In this document: positions 18,328 through 28,451 of the stretch, piece by piece
How positions within the stretch are numbered: the stretch's first letter is position 1
How the letters are laid out: every line of letters starts with the position of its first letter
Virus record (IMG/VR): IMGVR_UViG_3300021167_000376
DNA from: an uncultured virus (IMG/VR IMGVR_UViG_3300021167_000376)
Taxonomy: Duplodnaviria; Heunggongvirae; Uroviricota; Caudoviricetes
Direction: 5' to 3' (one strand)
Length of the DNA: 64,000 nucleotides
The notes under the pieces: generated by a model
Database searches by the model: none
What the model was told of the DNA's origin: nothing
Seen by the model: the letters and a program-made list of their open reading frames with translations, nothing else
Program-made: the position numbers and the translations under genes

Positions 18328-18690
18328 TTAGCGTGGAGCTGGGTTGGCCAGGTCTTGCAGGAAGCTATGCAGCCTGTTCGAACTCGGCACCGGAACGACC
18401 GTGTTGGTGCGGCGGTCGTGGAAAACGCAAAAGTCCGGGCCGCTGGCCATGTCTATGCCGATCCAGCGGCTGTCCTTGGGCAAACGCTCGGTCATGGCCA
18501 GGTGGACGAGGCGGTCGGCCATGAACACGGGTACGTCCCACACGTCGACCAGGTGGTTGACGGTGCGGTCAAACAGGCTGTCGTCGTGCAGGTGTTCCTG
18601 CTGGTGGCGCTCGATGAAGGCAGCGGCGTTGCTCTGCATGCCGGTGCGGTAGTCGTTCAACTGCTGGGCTGTGGGCTGGGCGAGTTGCAT
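18328..18690 (-). CDS. Hypothetical phage protein
   Basis: ORF in operon. Confidence 0.65.
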   Translation of the reverse strand: MQLAQPTAQQLNDYRTGMQSNAAAFIERHQQEHLHDDSLFDRTVNHLVDVWDVPVFMADRLVHLAMTERLPKDSRWIGIDMASGPDFCVFHDRRTNTVVPVPSSNRLHSFLQDLANPAPR

Positions 18691-18693
18691 GGC

Positions 18694-18996
18694 TTAGGCC
18701 TCCAGGATCGCGAGCATGTCGAGTTGGTTGGTTTTCTCAGCGCTGTCGCGGATGGCTTGCCTACGTTTTACCGAGGGGGCAACCGGAAGGCGGACCCGGG
18801 GCCGGTCCAGACCCGAGGTGGTTAGCTCGTACTCCCACGACAGGGAGCCACCATAGGTGGCGCCGCATCCCAGATTGGTGCACTCGCCATACATGGTCTT
18901 GAAGATGGGCGTCTGCTCTTCCGAATTGCGGATACGCATCCGGCTGCCGCAGGCCGGGCATAGACATTTGTAACCGCCGCCGTGATTGGTGCTCAT
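18694..18996 (-). CDS. ogr: Ogr/Delta-like Zn-finger late-gene activator
   Basis: CPACG...MYGECTNLGCGATY...W. Confidence 0.85.
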   Translation of the reverse strand: MSTNHGGGYKCLCPACGSRMRIRNSEEQTPIFKTMYGECTNLGCGATYGGSLSWEYELTTSGLDRPRVRLPVAPSVKRRQAIRDSAEKTNQLDMLAILEA

Positions 18997-19057
18997 GAAC
19001 TCTCCCCGCCGCGAGTGCGGCATTGGCCGAAGCCGAAAAATGCGACGCTTCGTGCGC

Positions 19058-19543
19058 CTACTTCTGTTCCTGGTTGCCCGGGTTTTTCCGGTGCAACGTG
19101 ATTACTGCTCCCACCTCGGCGTGCCGTGCGGCAATGTGCGCGCGGTGGGCGGCGATAATGTCGCCGAGCTCGGCCTCGTCGAGGCGGCCATCGGCTAAAG
19201 CCTTGGCAATGATCTGGTCGACCTTGCCCTCGGCCACGTCGGTGACCAGGGAGCGCTGGTAGAGGTCCAGGTTGTCGAGGGGGGTCTCGTCTGGCATGGG
19301 GACAAAAACGCCGCCGTAGAGGCCCGACACGTAGTCGGGGAGGAAGCTGGTACCGCCTACCCGCTCCAGCTGGCGAACCTGCTCGTCGGTCAGTGGGCGG
19401 TGGCCGGTGTTCTCGTACAGCTTGTTATCAAACTGCTTGAGGTCCAGCCCCAGGTGGGCGGCGGCGCACTCGCGGCCCCCCGGGAAGGCGCCGACGGCGG
19501 ACATCACAGCCTTGCGGCGGCTATCAAGAATTGGGCGGGTCAT
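19058..19543 (-). CDS. CII/YmfL-like phage regulatory protein
   Basis: FPGGRECAAAHLG...GGVFVPMP...ALADGRLD; position after the cox-like gene. Confidence 0.65.
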   Translation of the reverse strand: MTRPILDSRRKAVMSAVGAFPGGRECAAAHLGLDLKQFDNKLYENTGHRPLTDEQVRQLERVGGTSFLPDYVSGLYGGVFVPMPDETPLDNLDLYQRSLVTDVAEGKVDQIIAKALADGRLDEAELGDIIAAHRAHIAARHAEVGAVITLHRKNPGNQEQK

Positions 19544-19572
19544 GTTCTCGTTTTCTCCCTGGGACAGCCGCA

Positions 19573-19773
19573 CTACTGTGCGACCGTGCCCTCCTTGATG
19601 CCGAGCAGTACGGCAGCGCGGTGGGCTTCACCGCGTTTGCCTTTCTTTCGACCGTTCAACAGATCGCTGACCAAATTCTTGTTCAGACGGTGTTTGCGGC
19701 TGAAGTCGGCAATGGATACGCCTTGGCGGTCCATCTGCTCGCGGACTTGATCAGGTGTGAGGGGGGCGGGCAT
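19573..19773 (-). CDS. Cox/Cro-like HTH DNA-binding protein
   Basis: LTPDQVR...GVSIADFSRKH...VSDLLNGRKKGKRGEAHRAAVLLGIK; divergent from the repressor. Confidence 0.75.
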   Translation of the reverse strand: MPAPLTPDQVREQMDRQGVSIADFSRKHRLNKNLVSDLLNGRKKGKRGEAHRAAVLLGIKEGTVAQ

Positions 19774-19774
19774 A

Positions 19775-19800
19775 GTGTTCCTATGTGTTCAATCGTGTTC
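19775..19800. promoter_or_regulatory. Three GTGTTC direct repeats at a 10-bp period (putative operator)
   Basis: GTGTTC at 19775, 19785 and 19795, in the switch intergenic region. Confidence 0.5.
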
Positions 19801-19849
19801 ATGTGAGCTTCATTATGCCCAACTGCTTGGGCTTGTAAAGGCAATTTGC

Positions 19850-20212
19850 TTGAAAAATTGTGCATCCTCGGATTTACCCCCATTGAGTGCAGGTGAGCGC
19901 CTGCGCGAAGAGCGCTCGCGGCTGGGCTTTAAGCAGGAAGAATTTGCGCAGATTGGTGGCGTAAATCGAAACACTCAGGGGAGCTACGAGAAGAATGAAC
20001 GCACCCCAGACCTCAACTACCTTTCGGCGATTGCGGTTCAAGGTGTTGATGTGCTTTTCGTCGTGACAGGTGTCAGGTTGCTGGCTGCTGCCGGCTCGCT
20101 GAGTCCCATGGAAACGAGTCTCCTGGAGGCCTTCCGCGCGCTCACTGAATCCGACCAGGACACGCTTACACGCATGGCCGCGGGCCTAGCCGCAGTCAGC
20201 AAAACCACCTAG
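19850..20212 (+). CDS. Immunity repressor (XRE HTH); start uncertain
   Basis: GERLREERSRLGFKQEEFAQIGGVNRNTQGSYEKNERTPD. Confidence 0.85.
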   Translation: MKNCASSDLPPLSAGERLREERSRLGFKQEEFAQIGGVNRNTQGSYEKNERTPDLNYLSAIAVQGVDVLFVVTGVRLLAAAGSLSPMETSLLEAFRALTESDQDTLTRMAAGLAAVSKTT

Positions 20213-20229
20213 CAAAGAAGGATCTAGAA

Positions 20230-20856
20230 ATGGATTTCAAGGATTACCAGACACCTGCCTGGCTTTCGCGTTTGCGCCGCTCCCTCGTAACCGCTGCGTT
20301 GGTGATTACTCTGGCGCCGGTCGGCCAGGCTCCTGCCGCCGACTTGAAGCCGCTTCACTTCGCCACGGTCGGCGAGATGATCGAGGATCTAGGCGACTAT
20401 GCGGCAGAGAACGGGACTTTCAAGCTGCTATCTACTGAGCCGCTAAAGATCCAGCTGGCACCATCTATCGTTCCGGGCGACCTGCCTGAAAACAATGCGC
20501 GCGAAATTCGGCGCGCTGCCCTGTACGGTGTTTATCGCACATTGGTCCATACCGATGCCGACAAAGTGACGTCGGTAGCTGTGCCGCGAGAGGTCAATAT
20601 CCGCGAGCAGACGTCCAAGGTGCTGAGCAAACCCTCGCTTTCAATCACTGTCACGCGCGCCCAGGCGCTGAAGGCTGCCGGCCAATTCCTAAAGGTGCAG
20701 TCGGCGGCGGACCTGGTGCGCCCCGAGCAGGCCGGCACCATCCAGCTGGATAACTGGGCTCCTAAGTTCGAAGATGCTTACATGACGGACAAGGGGCAGA
20801 TCAGGCTGCTTGAGGCCATCAAAGCGGCCGGTGGAGACCTGGTGAACAACGGCTAA
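20230..20856 (+). CDS. Exported protein co-oriented with the repressor (moron)
   Basis: RLRRS + hydrophobic stretch + APAA signal-like N-terminus. Confidence 0.7.
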   Translation: MDFKDYQTPAWLSRLRRSLVTAALVITLAPVGQAPAADLKPLHFATVGEMIEDLGDYAAENGTFKLLSTEPLKIQLAPSIVPGDLPENNAREIRRAALYGVYRTLVHTDADKVTSVAVPREVNIREQTSKVLSKPSLSITVTRAQALKAAGQFLKVQSAADLVRPEQAGTIQLDNWAPKFEDAYMTDKGQIRLLEAIKAAGGDLVNNG

Positions 20857-20923
20857 AGTAGCCCTGCTTGCATATTTGGAATTGGCATTACCGTCGGAGT
20901 ACTGCCAATGAAGGAGTAAGCAG

Positions 20924-21109
20924 ATGTTGTTGGAATCGATAGCGGTTGACCGTCCGGATGAACTGAATTCAGCGTTTCCGAGGGAGCAATGCATAACCCC
21001 TCAAGAGTGGCTGCTGATAAGACTCTATCGTCAGTTAGAAGAGCAGGAGCAGTGGTTCATCCGCCGGGCGGTAGAGGGACTTATCGCGAAGGACTCAATG
21101 CCCGATTGA
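20924..21109 (+). CDS. Small protein resembling a repressor C-terminal helix bundle
   Basis: ITPQEWLLIRLYRQL...; AAGGAG RBS. Confidence 0.55.
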   Translation: MLLESIAVDRPDELNSAFPREQCITPQEWLLIRLYRQLEEQEQWFIRRAVEGLIAKDSMPD

Positions 21110-21124
21110 TACAAGAAGGCCCCT

Positions 21125-22402
21125 TTACGGGGTCTTTTGTTTTTCCTGCATCCGCTTCCACTCTCGATCCAGGGCACGCTTGGCTGATGCCTTGCTCTGG
21201 TAGAGATGGGTGAGGCGGCGGGGCTTGGTTTGATCGCCCTCGGTGACCTTATGCTGCTGGCCGGTCTTCTCGTCGCGGTACCAGGTTACAAGGCCGGTGT
21301 AGTCGCCTTCGTCATCGGCTAATTCGCCCAGTTCGTCGCCGTCTGGTAGTTGGGACTCAAGCTCCATAGAGGTGGTGAGGCTGTCGGGCGTGAAGCTGTG
21401 GCGCAGATTGCCGCCGAGCCAGATGATGGCGGCGATTTCCGCCTTGATGCCGGTCAGGCTATAGGTCTGATCCGGGATCAGCTCCGGGCGGCCCCTGGCC
21501 AGGGTGTAGCTGAGTGTGGCGGTGCCGCGCTGCAGGCGGTTCCACTCTGCACGGGCGGCCTGCAATGCGCTGGCCTGGTCTGTGAAGCTGTGGCGCAATT
21601 CTTTGATGTTCTCGCCGCCGCCGGCGATGGCCTCTTTCTTCTCCGCGCTGTTCACCTCGTAGTAATAGGCCTTCACGCCGGTATAGGAGTCGCGGTCGGC
21701 CTGCAGGAAGCGGTGCTGATCGCCGTCTGCCCGGGTGAGTGTGACGTGGGGCAGCGATAGGCCGCTTGCGGTAGTGGCCTTGCCGGTGGGCAGGAATAGC
21801 AGGCGGTCGGCCTTCACGGTGGCGATGGCATCGTGCTCTCGGCCGAGACGGCTGAGCAGGTTGGCGTCTGACTCGTTGGCTTGGTCCAAGTGCAGCAGCT
21901 CGATGCCGGCGAGCACGGCGCTGACCACGGGGGTGAGGCCCTGGGCGGTGGCGATGGCACCGATGACCGTTCCCAGGGTGGTGGCGTCGAAGCTGCGTTC
22001 TTTCTTTGCCTTGAGGCCGCCGCGTAGGTCCGCGCTGCGGGCGCGGATGCTGAGCGTGTCCGGTGCGCCGCTGTGCTCGGTTTCGTCCACGGTGAAGCTG
22101 CCCTTGTCGATCAGGCCGGTGTCATCCCAGCCCAGCCAGAGGCGCACGGTGGCGCCCCGAGGCGGGATGGCGAGCAGACCGTCGTGGTCGCTGAGGGTGA
22201 TGTCGAGCTGATCGGCCTCCAGTCCCCGGTTGTCGGTGAGTTCGATGCTGATCAGGCGCGGTTGCTGCCCGCCGAGCAGCAGGGCGGTGATGTCGTTTCC
22301 GTTGACCACGACCTTGCAGATCGGCCGCGGATAGGCGGTGAGCTCGCGGTACTTCTGACCGGCTTGGCCGAGTAGCTCGCCGGCTTGATTCAGCAGGCTC
22401 AC
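21125..22402 (-). CDS. D: P2 gpD-like tail/baseplate hub protein
   Basis: LTDNRGLEADQLDITL...IDKGSFTVDE.EHSGAPD...DQANESD. Confidence 0.9.
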   Translation of the reverse strand: MSLLNQAGELLGQAGQKYRELTAYPRPICKVVVNGNDITALLLGGQQPRLISIELTDNRGLEADQLDITLSDHDGLLAIPPRGATVRLWLGWDDTGLIDKGSFTVDETEHSGAPDTLSIRARSADLRGGLKAKKERSFDATTLGTVIGAIATAQGLTPVVSAVLAGIELLHLDQANESDANLLSRLGREHDAIATVKADRLLFLPTGKATTASGLSLPHVTLTRADGDQHRFLQADRDSYTGVKAYYYEVNSAEKKEAIAGGGENIKELRHSFTDQASALQAARAEWNRLQRGTATLSYTLARGRPELIPDQTYSLTGIKAEIAAIIWLGGNLRHSFTPDSLTTSMELESQLPDGDELGELADDEGDYTGLVTWYRDEKTGQQHKVTEGDQTKPRRLTHLYQSKASAKRALDREWKRMQEKQKTP

Positions 22403-22851
22403 AGCAGCCCCCCGAGAGCACCGCGCAGGATGCCGCCGACCGAGCCGGTGAGACTGCCGAGCATGTCGATGCGGCCGTCGTCGATGCGCTTGAGGCTGAT
22501 GGTGAACTCGTAGCGGCGCGGCGTGCCGTCCTCGAAGAATACCTGCTGCGTCTCGCTGATCGAGGTGATGACCCAAGTACCGTAGATGCGGCCGGTGCCG
22601 CCGATCAGGGGCCACGCCTTGCCGGTGTCAGCCATCTTGCGCAGCACGTCTAGGCTGAGGGGCGAGCCGACCAGGCCGGGCAGCAGGGTGCCGGGCAGCG
22701 TGATGGTGTCCTCGCCGCGGCCCAGGAACTGGCTCGCCGGGTTGGTACCGATGCGGCTGGTGGAAGCGTGGCGCCATTCAGTGGTGCGCTGAAGCTCCTG
22801 GTAGGCGAGCGTTGGCAGTCCGAAAACGAACATGCCGAGGGTCATCATCAT
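22399..22851 (-). CDS. U: P2 gpU-like tail protein
   Basis: MMMTLGMFVFGLPTLAYQELQR...ITLPG. Confidence 0.9.
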   Translation of the reverse strand: MMMTLGMFVFGLPTLAYQELQRTTEWRHASTSRIGTNPASQFLGRGEDTITLPGTLLPGLVGSPLSLDVLRKMADTGKAWPLIGGTGRIYGTWVITSISETQQVFFEDGTPRRYEFTISLKRIDDGRIDMLGSLTGSVGGILRGALGGLL

Positions 22852-22857
22852 GGTGGT

Positions 22858-25437
22858 TTACTCCTGGTCACCCAGGCGCGAGCGGATGCGGGCGGCCTTG
22901 GCACGCTCGCGTTCGTCCAGCAACTGGTTGAGCATGTTGCGCAGCCCGTCAGTGTCGGTGCCCGGGGTAGCGCTGATGTTGATTTCGATGGTGTCGCCCT
23001 GGACAACGATGCCGCTGCCTGAATTGGCCGACAGCGGTGGGCGGTTGTCCATGGCCATGGTGCCGCCGGCAGCTCCGAAGCCGATGGCCCCGGCCGCAAC
23101 CATTTGCTTGCCCATGTTGGTGACTGCAGCCAGCGGCCCCTGCTGGCCCTTGACGAGCCCTTGCTCCAGGCCTGCCATGGTAAAGCCGCCTAGGCTGGCG
23201 AAGACGCGCGACGGCGAGTGGATGCCGAGCTTCTCTTTGAACCAGGTGATGGTGTTGTCTGCAGCGCCGGTGATAGCGCCCTTCACTGCGGCTAGGCCAT
23301 TGGTGATGCCCTGGACCATGCCCTGCATGAGCATGGTGCCGAACTCGCTGAACTTGCCGGGCATCTCGACGCCGAAGTAGTTCATTACGCCCGCGAAGGC
23401 GCGGTAGAAAAGGCCCAGCGGGGAGAAGTTGAGGATCAGCGCGGCGATGCCGGCGAATCCACCGTTGAAGCCTTCCTTTACCTCTGCCCACAGGCCCAGG
23501 AAATAGGCCTTGATGGGGTCCCAATACTTGTAGATTAGGTAGGCGGCGGTGGCGATTGCCATCACTGCTAGGCCTATGGGATTCATCAGCAGCGCGCGGC
23601 CGAGCCAGAGTACGGCCTTGCCGGCCCACAGCAGGGCACTGCCCATGCCCTTGACGGCAGTGACAGCCGTAAGGCTCTTGATGCCGAGGAATGTGAGGCC
23701 ATAGCGCAGCATGGCGAATGGGCCTAAGAAGCTGGCCATTGCCAGAGTGACGGCGCCGAAGCCTGCAGCCAGCGCTGCGATGCCGGCCACTGTCTTGAGG
23801 ATTTGTCCGGCGAGCGCAGGGTTGGCCTTGACCCATGCGGTAACACGGCTGGCCACGTTGTTGAAGCTCTCGATCAGCTCGATGAGGGGCGGGCGCAACG
23901 TCTCGCCTAGGGTGGAGCTGAGATTGAACGCCCTGTTCTTGGCCATTTCTAGACGGGCCGAGAGCAGCTCGGCGCGGATGTCCGCCTCCCGCTGCATGGA
24001 GCCTTTGCCCGCTTCGTCGTTGGCCAGTGCAAGCTGGCGGCGATACTCGCCCATGTTCTGTGCGAGCTTGGATGCGTCGTCGCCGAACTCCTTGCCGAAC
24101 AGTTGAGTGGCGACGCTGAGCTGCTGGTTTTTCGGCAGCTTGTTGATGGCGTCCAGCACGTTTTTCAGGGTGTCGGTGGCATTGGTTGCCATGCCGTTCT
24201 GCAGTGCCTCAGCCTCCAGTCCCACTGCTTTTAGTCCTTCCTGGAAGCGCTTGGGCTGCTGGGTGGCGATAGCGAGCTCGCGGATCATCGCGTTGGTGGC
24301 GGTGCCAGCGACTTCGGCGGTGGCACCCAGGCTCAGGAAGGTGGAGCCCAGCGCCGCGGCGTCCTTGTAACTCATGCCTACCGAACTGGCGACGCCCGCG
24401 GTGCGCTGCAGGACGTCGATGATGTCGGCGCCTTTGGACTTGGCGTTGTCGTCCAGGTAGTTGATGGCGTCACCGAGCTGGTCCACGTTCTTGATTGGCA
24501 CCTTGTACAAATCTGCAATGCGCGCCAGGTTCTCGCCGATCTGGTCGGCCGGCAGCTCGAAGGCAGTGGCAGCGTTGGCGGCTACCTTGGCGAAGCTGAG
24601 CAGGTTGTCTTTGCCTTGGACGCCCATGCGTGCGGCGCCTTCCACAAGGGCTGCGATTTCTGTGGTGGCCATGGGGATACGTTCGCCCATGGACTTGATG
24701 GCATCGGCCATCTCGAAGTAGGTGGCTGTGAGCTTGCCATTATCGTCGCGCGCACCGGATACCTGCTTGGCGACGCCTGACATGGCGTCCTCGAAGCTCA
24801 TGTAGTCCTTGACCATGCTTAGTACGGGCACGCCCATTGCCGCCCCGGCAGCCGCCGCACCAGCGCCAGCGCCGGCCATGCTGCCGGCAAGTTGTTGAGT
24901 TTTATCGTACTGGGCACGGGCGTTTGCCAGCCGCTTTGACTGGGCCGCCAAGCGCTGCATGCGCTGGGTCTGCTCGCTGATCTGCTGATTGGTACTTGCG
25001 ATGCGGTCGCGGAGCTCGCGCTCGCCCTGTACGAGATTGCGCGTGCTGATACCGGCGGTGCTGAGCTTGTTTCGCAGCCCCTGCAGCTCGGCCTGCTGTT
25101 CCTGGTGCTGTTTCTTGAGCGTGGTGGCGGCGCGGATGGCGTCCCGCATGTCCGCCGTCATCTGCTTGGTCGGCACACCGGTGGCGGCCATCTGGCGGCC
25201 GAGTTCCTTCACTCGATCACGCGCGCCCTGGAGGGCGGTTTCGGTATTGGCGCTGATGGCGCGTAGGCGCTGCCAGCTGCTGACATCGTTCTGCGTTGCT
25301 TGCAGCTGCTTTAGCTGGTCGCGGGACTCCTTGAGTGCACGACCGAGGCCGACGCTTCCTTGCATCACTGCGCGGATGGGGCGGGTGGCGCGGTCGATAG
25401 CCTGGAGGATTACCTCCATTCTCAGATCATTGGCCAT
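22858..25437 (-). CDS. T: Tail tape measure protein
   Basis: 859 aa, Ala-rich helical; LGIHSPSRVF motif; synteny. Confidence 0.92.
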   Translation of the reverse strand: MANDLRMEVILQAIDRATRPIRAVMQGSVGLGRALKESRDQLKQLQATQNDVSSWQRLRAISANTETALQGARDRVKELGRQMAATGVPTKQMTADMRDAIRAATTLKKQHQEQQAELQGLRNKLSTAGISTRNLVQGERELRDRIASTNQQISEQTQRMQRLAAQSKRLANARAQYDKTQQLAGSMAGAGAGAAAAGAAMGVPVLSMVKDYMSFEDAMSGVAKQVSGARDDNGKLTATYFEMADAIKSMGERIPMATTEIAALVEGAARMGVQGKDNLLSFAKVAANAATAFELPADQIGENLARIADLYKVPIKNVDQLGDAINYLDDNAKSKGADIIDVLQRTAGVASSVGMSYKDAAALGSTFLSLGATAEVAGTATNAMIRELAIATQQPKRFQEGLKAVGLEAEALQNGMATNATDTLKNVLDAINKLPKNQQLSVATQLFGKEFGDDASKLAQNMGEYRRQLALANDEAGKGSMQREADIRAELLSARLEMAKNRAFNLSSTLGETLRPPLIELIESFNNVASRVTAWVKANPALAGQILKTVAGIAALAAGFGAVTLAMASFLGPFAMLRYGLTFLGIKSLTAVTAVKGMGSALLWAGKAVLWLGRALLMNPIGLAVMAIATAAYLIYKYWDPIKAYFLGLWAEVKEGFNGGFAGIAALILNFSPLGLFYRAFAGVMNYFGVEMPGKFSEFGTMLMQGMVQGITNGLAAVKGAITGAADNTITWFKEKLGIHSPSRVFASLGGFTMAGLEQGLVKGQQGPLAAVTNMGKQMVAAGAIGFGAAGGTMAMDNRPPLSANSGSGIVVQGDTIEINISATPGTDTDGLRNMLNQLLDERERAKAARIRSRLGDQE

Positions 25438-25603
25438 CGCTCTTCTCCCAGCGGCTTCTGGCCCGCTCGCGCCATTCCATCAGTTCCGACAGGGGCAACG
25501 GGTCCAAGTCCGCCGGCCCCCAGTGAAAGACCATGGCCAGGTCGGCCATGGCGTCTTCTACGCGACGAGGACAGCTTCCTTCGCCGACTTCTGCAGCAAA
25601 AAA
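25427..25603 (-). CDS. E': gpE+E' extension via programmed -1 frameshift
   Basis: Slippery TTTTTTG (minus strand) at 25597-25603; the -1 frame gives ...MADLAMVFHWGPADLDPLPLSELMEWRERA. Confidence 0.85.
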   Translation of the reverse strand, partial: FFAAEVGEGSCPRRVEDAMADLAMVFHWGPADLDPLPLSELMEWRERARSRWEKSDGQ

Positions 25604-25920
25604 CTTGCAACAGCCAGCCCGCACTGGAACAGGTCCGCCGGGTCCATGCGGCCGACCTCGATGTCGGTGAGGCTGGGCGTGCTGATGCGCGGCAGTACCT
25701 TGCGCAGGGCTAGTACGTCCATCTGTGCCAGATCGGACAGAGTCACGCCTCGCAGTTCGCCGCTCATAGGCTTGCGCAGGGTTAACTGCTCGATCTTCTG
25801 CTCGCCGCGGATGATCGGGGTGTCGAGGTCGATGACTTCCTCGTTGGGGTTCTTGGTCGGGGCCGGTGCAGCCGCTGCAGCGGTGGTGCTGTCGTCGTGC
25901 TGGGCTTCTGGGGTCTGCAT
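25558..25920 (-). CDS. E: Tail assembly chaperone gpE
   Basis: LDTPIIRG...LRKPMSGELRG...VLPRI. Confidence 0.9.
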   Translation of the reverse strand: MQTPEAQHDDSTTAAAAAPAPTKNPNEEVIDLDTPIIRGEQKIEQLTLRKPMSGELRGVTLSDLAQMDVLALRKVLPRISTPSLTDIEVGRMDPADLFQCGLAVASFLLQKSAKEAVLVA

Positions 25921-25976
25921 GGGGTGGTGCTCCTTGGTTCAGGGGAAAGCCGACGCGGACGCCGGCGGGTGGTGGA

Positions 25977-26492
25977 TCAGAGGCCGATGTTCTTGCGGTG
26001 CGCGGCGAGCAGGTCTTCGCCGTCGACGATGAACACGAAGTTCAGAAGGTCGATTTCGGTGATGACCTCGCTGTCGACGGTGAGCTTGTAGTAGGTGCAG
26101 GTGGTGCTGATCTGGTGCTCGGTGTCTTCGCCCGGGGTTGACTCGCCGAAGTCGATCTCTTCATGCCGGCCGCGCACGGAGATTTCCACGGAGCTGATTC
26201 CGCCGTCGTCGTCGCGCTGGACAGAGCCGGCGAAGCGCAGGGCGACGCCATCGGCACGCACCGCGCCGAACTGGCGCAGGGCGAGTAGGTCCCAGCCGCC
26301 CAGGGTCCAAGCGAGGACGATGCCGTCGTCGCCGAAGCCGAGGTCGACCTTGACCGGTCCGTCCATGCCCCCGCCGCGGTAGGACTCCATCTTGCGGGCC
26401 AGTTTGGGCAGGGTGACGGTCTTGGCGATGCCGCCATAGACGTTACCGTCGTTGAACAGGTTGAAGTGCTTGAGCTTCTTGGCTAGGGCCAT
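25977..26492 (-). CDS. FII: Major tail tube protein
   Basis: MALAKKLKHFNLFNDG...LPKL..KMESYRGGGMDG. Confidence 0.92.
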   Translation of the reverse strand: MALAKKLKHFNLFNDGNVYGGIAKTVTLPKLARKMESYRGGGMDGPVKVDLGFGDDGIVLAWTLGGWDLLALRQFGAVRADGVALRFAGSVQRDDDGGISSVEISVRGRHEEIDFGESTPGEDTEHQISTTCTYYKLTVDSEVITEIDLLNFVFIVDGEDLLAAHRKNIGL

Positions 26493-26539
26493 GGTAGGGC
26501 GCTCCTACGTCGCGGCCAGGGCCGCGCGGGTGAATGGGA

Positions 26540-27730
26540 TCAGACCTTGACGCTCTCGGCGAAGGTCATGAGGTAGCGATCGGTGATGCGCTGACGGAAC
26601 AGCAGGTTTTCCAGCGGCGGGACCGGGGTGTAGTCGTAGTCGATGAAAAGCTTGCCGGCCTTGAGAGTGGTGGCGTTGTTGGCCGCCGGGTCGAACCAGC
26701 ACTGGCCGTCGATGATGTAACCGCCGGTTCTCAGCTCGCGGAACTTGGCGTTCACGCTTTCGAGGATGTCTGTGACCAGGCTGCGATACATGGGTTTGTC
26801 CACAGCCCAGAAGTTGGCCTCGGCCATGGTGTCGGCCAGTACCTGGGCGGTGCGGGTGTAGTTCTCGAAGGCGAACAGCGTGTCAGCGCTGGTAGTGCGG
26901 TTGCCCCAGAAGCGGAAGCCTTCGCGGCGGATAAGGGTTGTGACCTCAGAGGCGTTGAGCAGGCCGGCGTCGGTGGCGGGGTTCTGCAGATCCCAGAAAA
27001 TATCCTTGGACAGGCCCGACACACCGTTGACCGGCACGTTGGACAGGGTTTTGTGCCAGCCGACTTGTTCGTCGATCTTGGCGCGCAGGCCAAGAGCGCG
27101 AGCGACGGCGGAGGCCGGGGCGTTGGCGCTGGTGGCGGTGTCCCAGTTGACGAAGTCCGGCCAGATGAGCATGAGCTCGCGGGAGCCGAAGCCGTCGCGG
27201 TAGGCGATGGCCTCGGAGACGTTCTCACAGCCCCAGGCGCTGGCGTAGGAGAAGGCCCGCATCTGCTCGGCGATGGCCGCCAGCTCGGTGGTAACGGCGA
27301 GGTTATCCAGACCCGGTACACCCAGAATGCGCGGGCGCACCCCGAGCTGCACTTCGGCAGCCAACAGGGCCTTTAGGCCGGTGTACTGACCCTGGGCTGT
27401 GACGCCGCCGATGATCTTGGTGGTTTGGTTTGCTTCCTTAGCAGCAGCGTCGGCGCCTTCACCGTCGGCCACGCGCACCACGACGGTGACGGGGCTGGCC
27501 TGGTCAGCGATGGCGTCTAGACTGCGGGCCAGGGTGCCCCGCTCGCCGGCTTTGCCGGAAGCGTTGAGCACATCGGTGAGCAGGACCGGGGTATTGAGCG
27601 GGAAGGTAGCCGCATCGGCGTCGCTGCCGGTGCAGACCATGCCCACCACGGCGGTGGCGATAGTGCGAATGGGGCGGCTGCCCTCGTTGATTTCGAGGAC
27701 GCGAACGCCGTGATGGTAGTCGGTGGCCAT
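26540..27730 (-). CDS. FI: Major tail sheath protein
   Basis: DYHHGVRVLEINEG...GFRFWGNRT...YDYTPVPPLE. Confidence 0.95.
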   Translation of the reverse strand: MATDYHHGVRVLEINEGSRPIRTIATAVVGMVCTGSDADAATFPLNTPVLLTDVLNASGKAGERGTLARSLDAIADQASPVTVVVRVADGEGADAAAKEANQTTKIIGGVTAQGQYTGLKALLAAEVQLGVRPRILGVPGLDNLAVTTELAAIAEQMRAFSYASAWGCENVSEAIAYRDGFGSRELMLIWPDFVNWDTATSANAPASAVARALGLRAKIDEQVGWHKTLSNVPVNGVSGLSKDIFWDLQNPATDAGLLNASEVTTLIRREGFRFWGNRTTSADTLFAFENYTRTAQVLADTMAEANFWAVDKPMYRSLVTDILESVNAKFRELRTGGYIIDGQCWFDPAANNATTLKAGKLFIDYDYTPVPPLENLLFRQRITDRYLMTFAESVKV

Positions 27731-27813
27731 TGGGCTGCTCCTGGTGGGCGTGGTGCCGTTTCAGTGAGCCTTGAGAGTGACGCGCGCGCGCAAGCGGGGC
27801 GAGCTGCGGGCGG

Positions 27814-27832
27814 TGTAACGGGGTGCGCTACA
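27814..27832. promoter_or_regulatory. Putative Ogr-binding late promoter site (F operon)
   Basis: TGTAACGGGGTGCGCTACA, variant of the 32881 and 39791 copies. Confidence 0.65.
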
Positions 27833-28050
27833 GGATGCGCAAGAACAATCCCCGGCCTCGCGGGGTTTGTTCTCGGTGGTGGGCGATCAGTTGGCTTGGT
27901 TGCCGATGCCGGTGACAGCGGGATTGATCGAGTGATGTCCTGGGCATGTTTGATGTTGTCGGCAGTCATGGTGGCTCGGAGCGCACCGGATGGGCGAGCG
28001 GGTGAGCTTGTTAAATACCGAGGTTACAAACAGAGCCTGTAACCTCGTCA

Positions 28051-28449
28051 TTAGCTAGGGGCTATCGGCCACTCGATTTCAGCTGGAAAGTCATCCTGCA
28101 GCTCGATTCGGTTGAGATACACGCGATACAGCTTCCAAGCCTTCAACGCAGAAGCTTCAGCGTCAGACGCCAACTCAATGTCGACGGCATCCTGTAGCGG
28201 TGCAATGCGTAAGGCTGCTGTAGCAAGCAATTCGTCACGGCGCGCCTGCGCAATTGCAACCAGCTCGGCAGGAGTCAGCGATGGCGCGGAGACCAGCACT
28301 GGAAAACCTTGTCGGTCCGGTACTATCGAGGCGCCGGCACTCTGGCCTTCAAACAGCGCTTGGAATGCTTCGTCGGAAACGAAAACCGACCCAGTCGGCG
28401 CAGTCTCCGAATGATCGAAGCCTCGAATGGCAGCAATGTAATAAGGCAT
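28051..28449 (-). CDS. Tail fibre assembly protein
   Basis: RIAPLQDAVD...WKLYRV.LNRI...EWP. Confidence 0.85.
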   Translation of the reverse strand: MPYYIAAIRGFDHSETAPTGSVFVSDEAFQALFEGQSAGASIVPDRQGFPVLVSAPSLTPAELVAIAQARRDELLATAALRIAPLQDAVDIELASDAEASALKAWKLYRVYLNRIELQDDFPAEIEWPIAPS

Positions 28450-28451
28450 TT

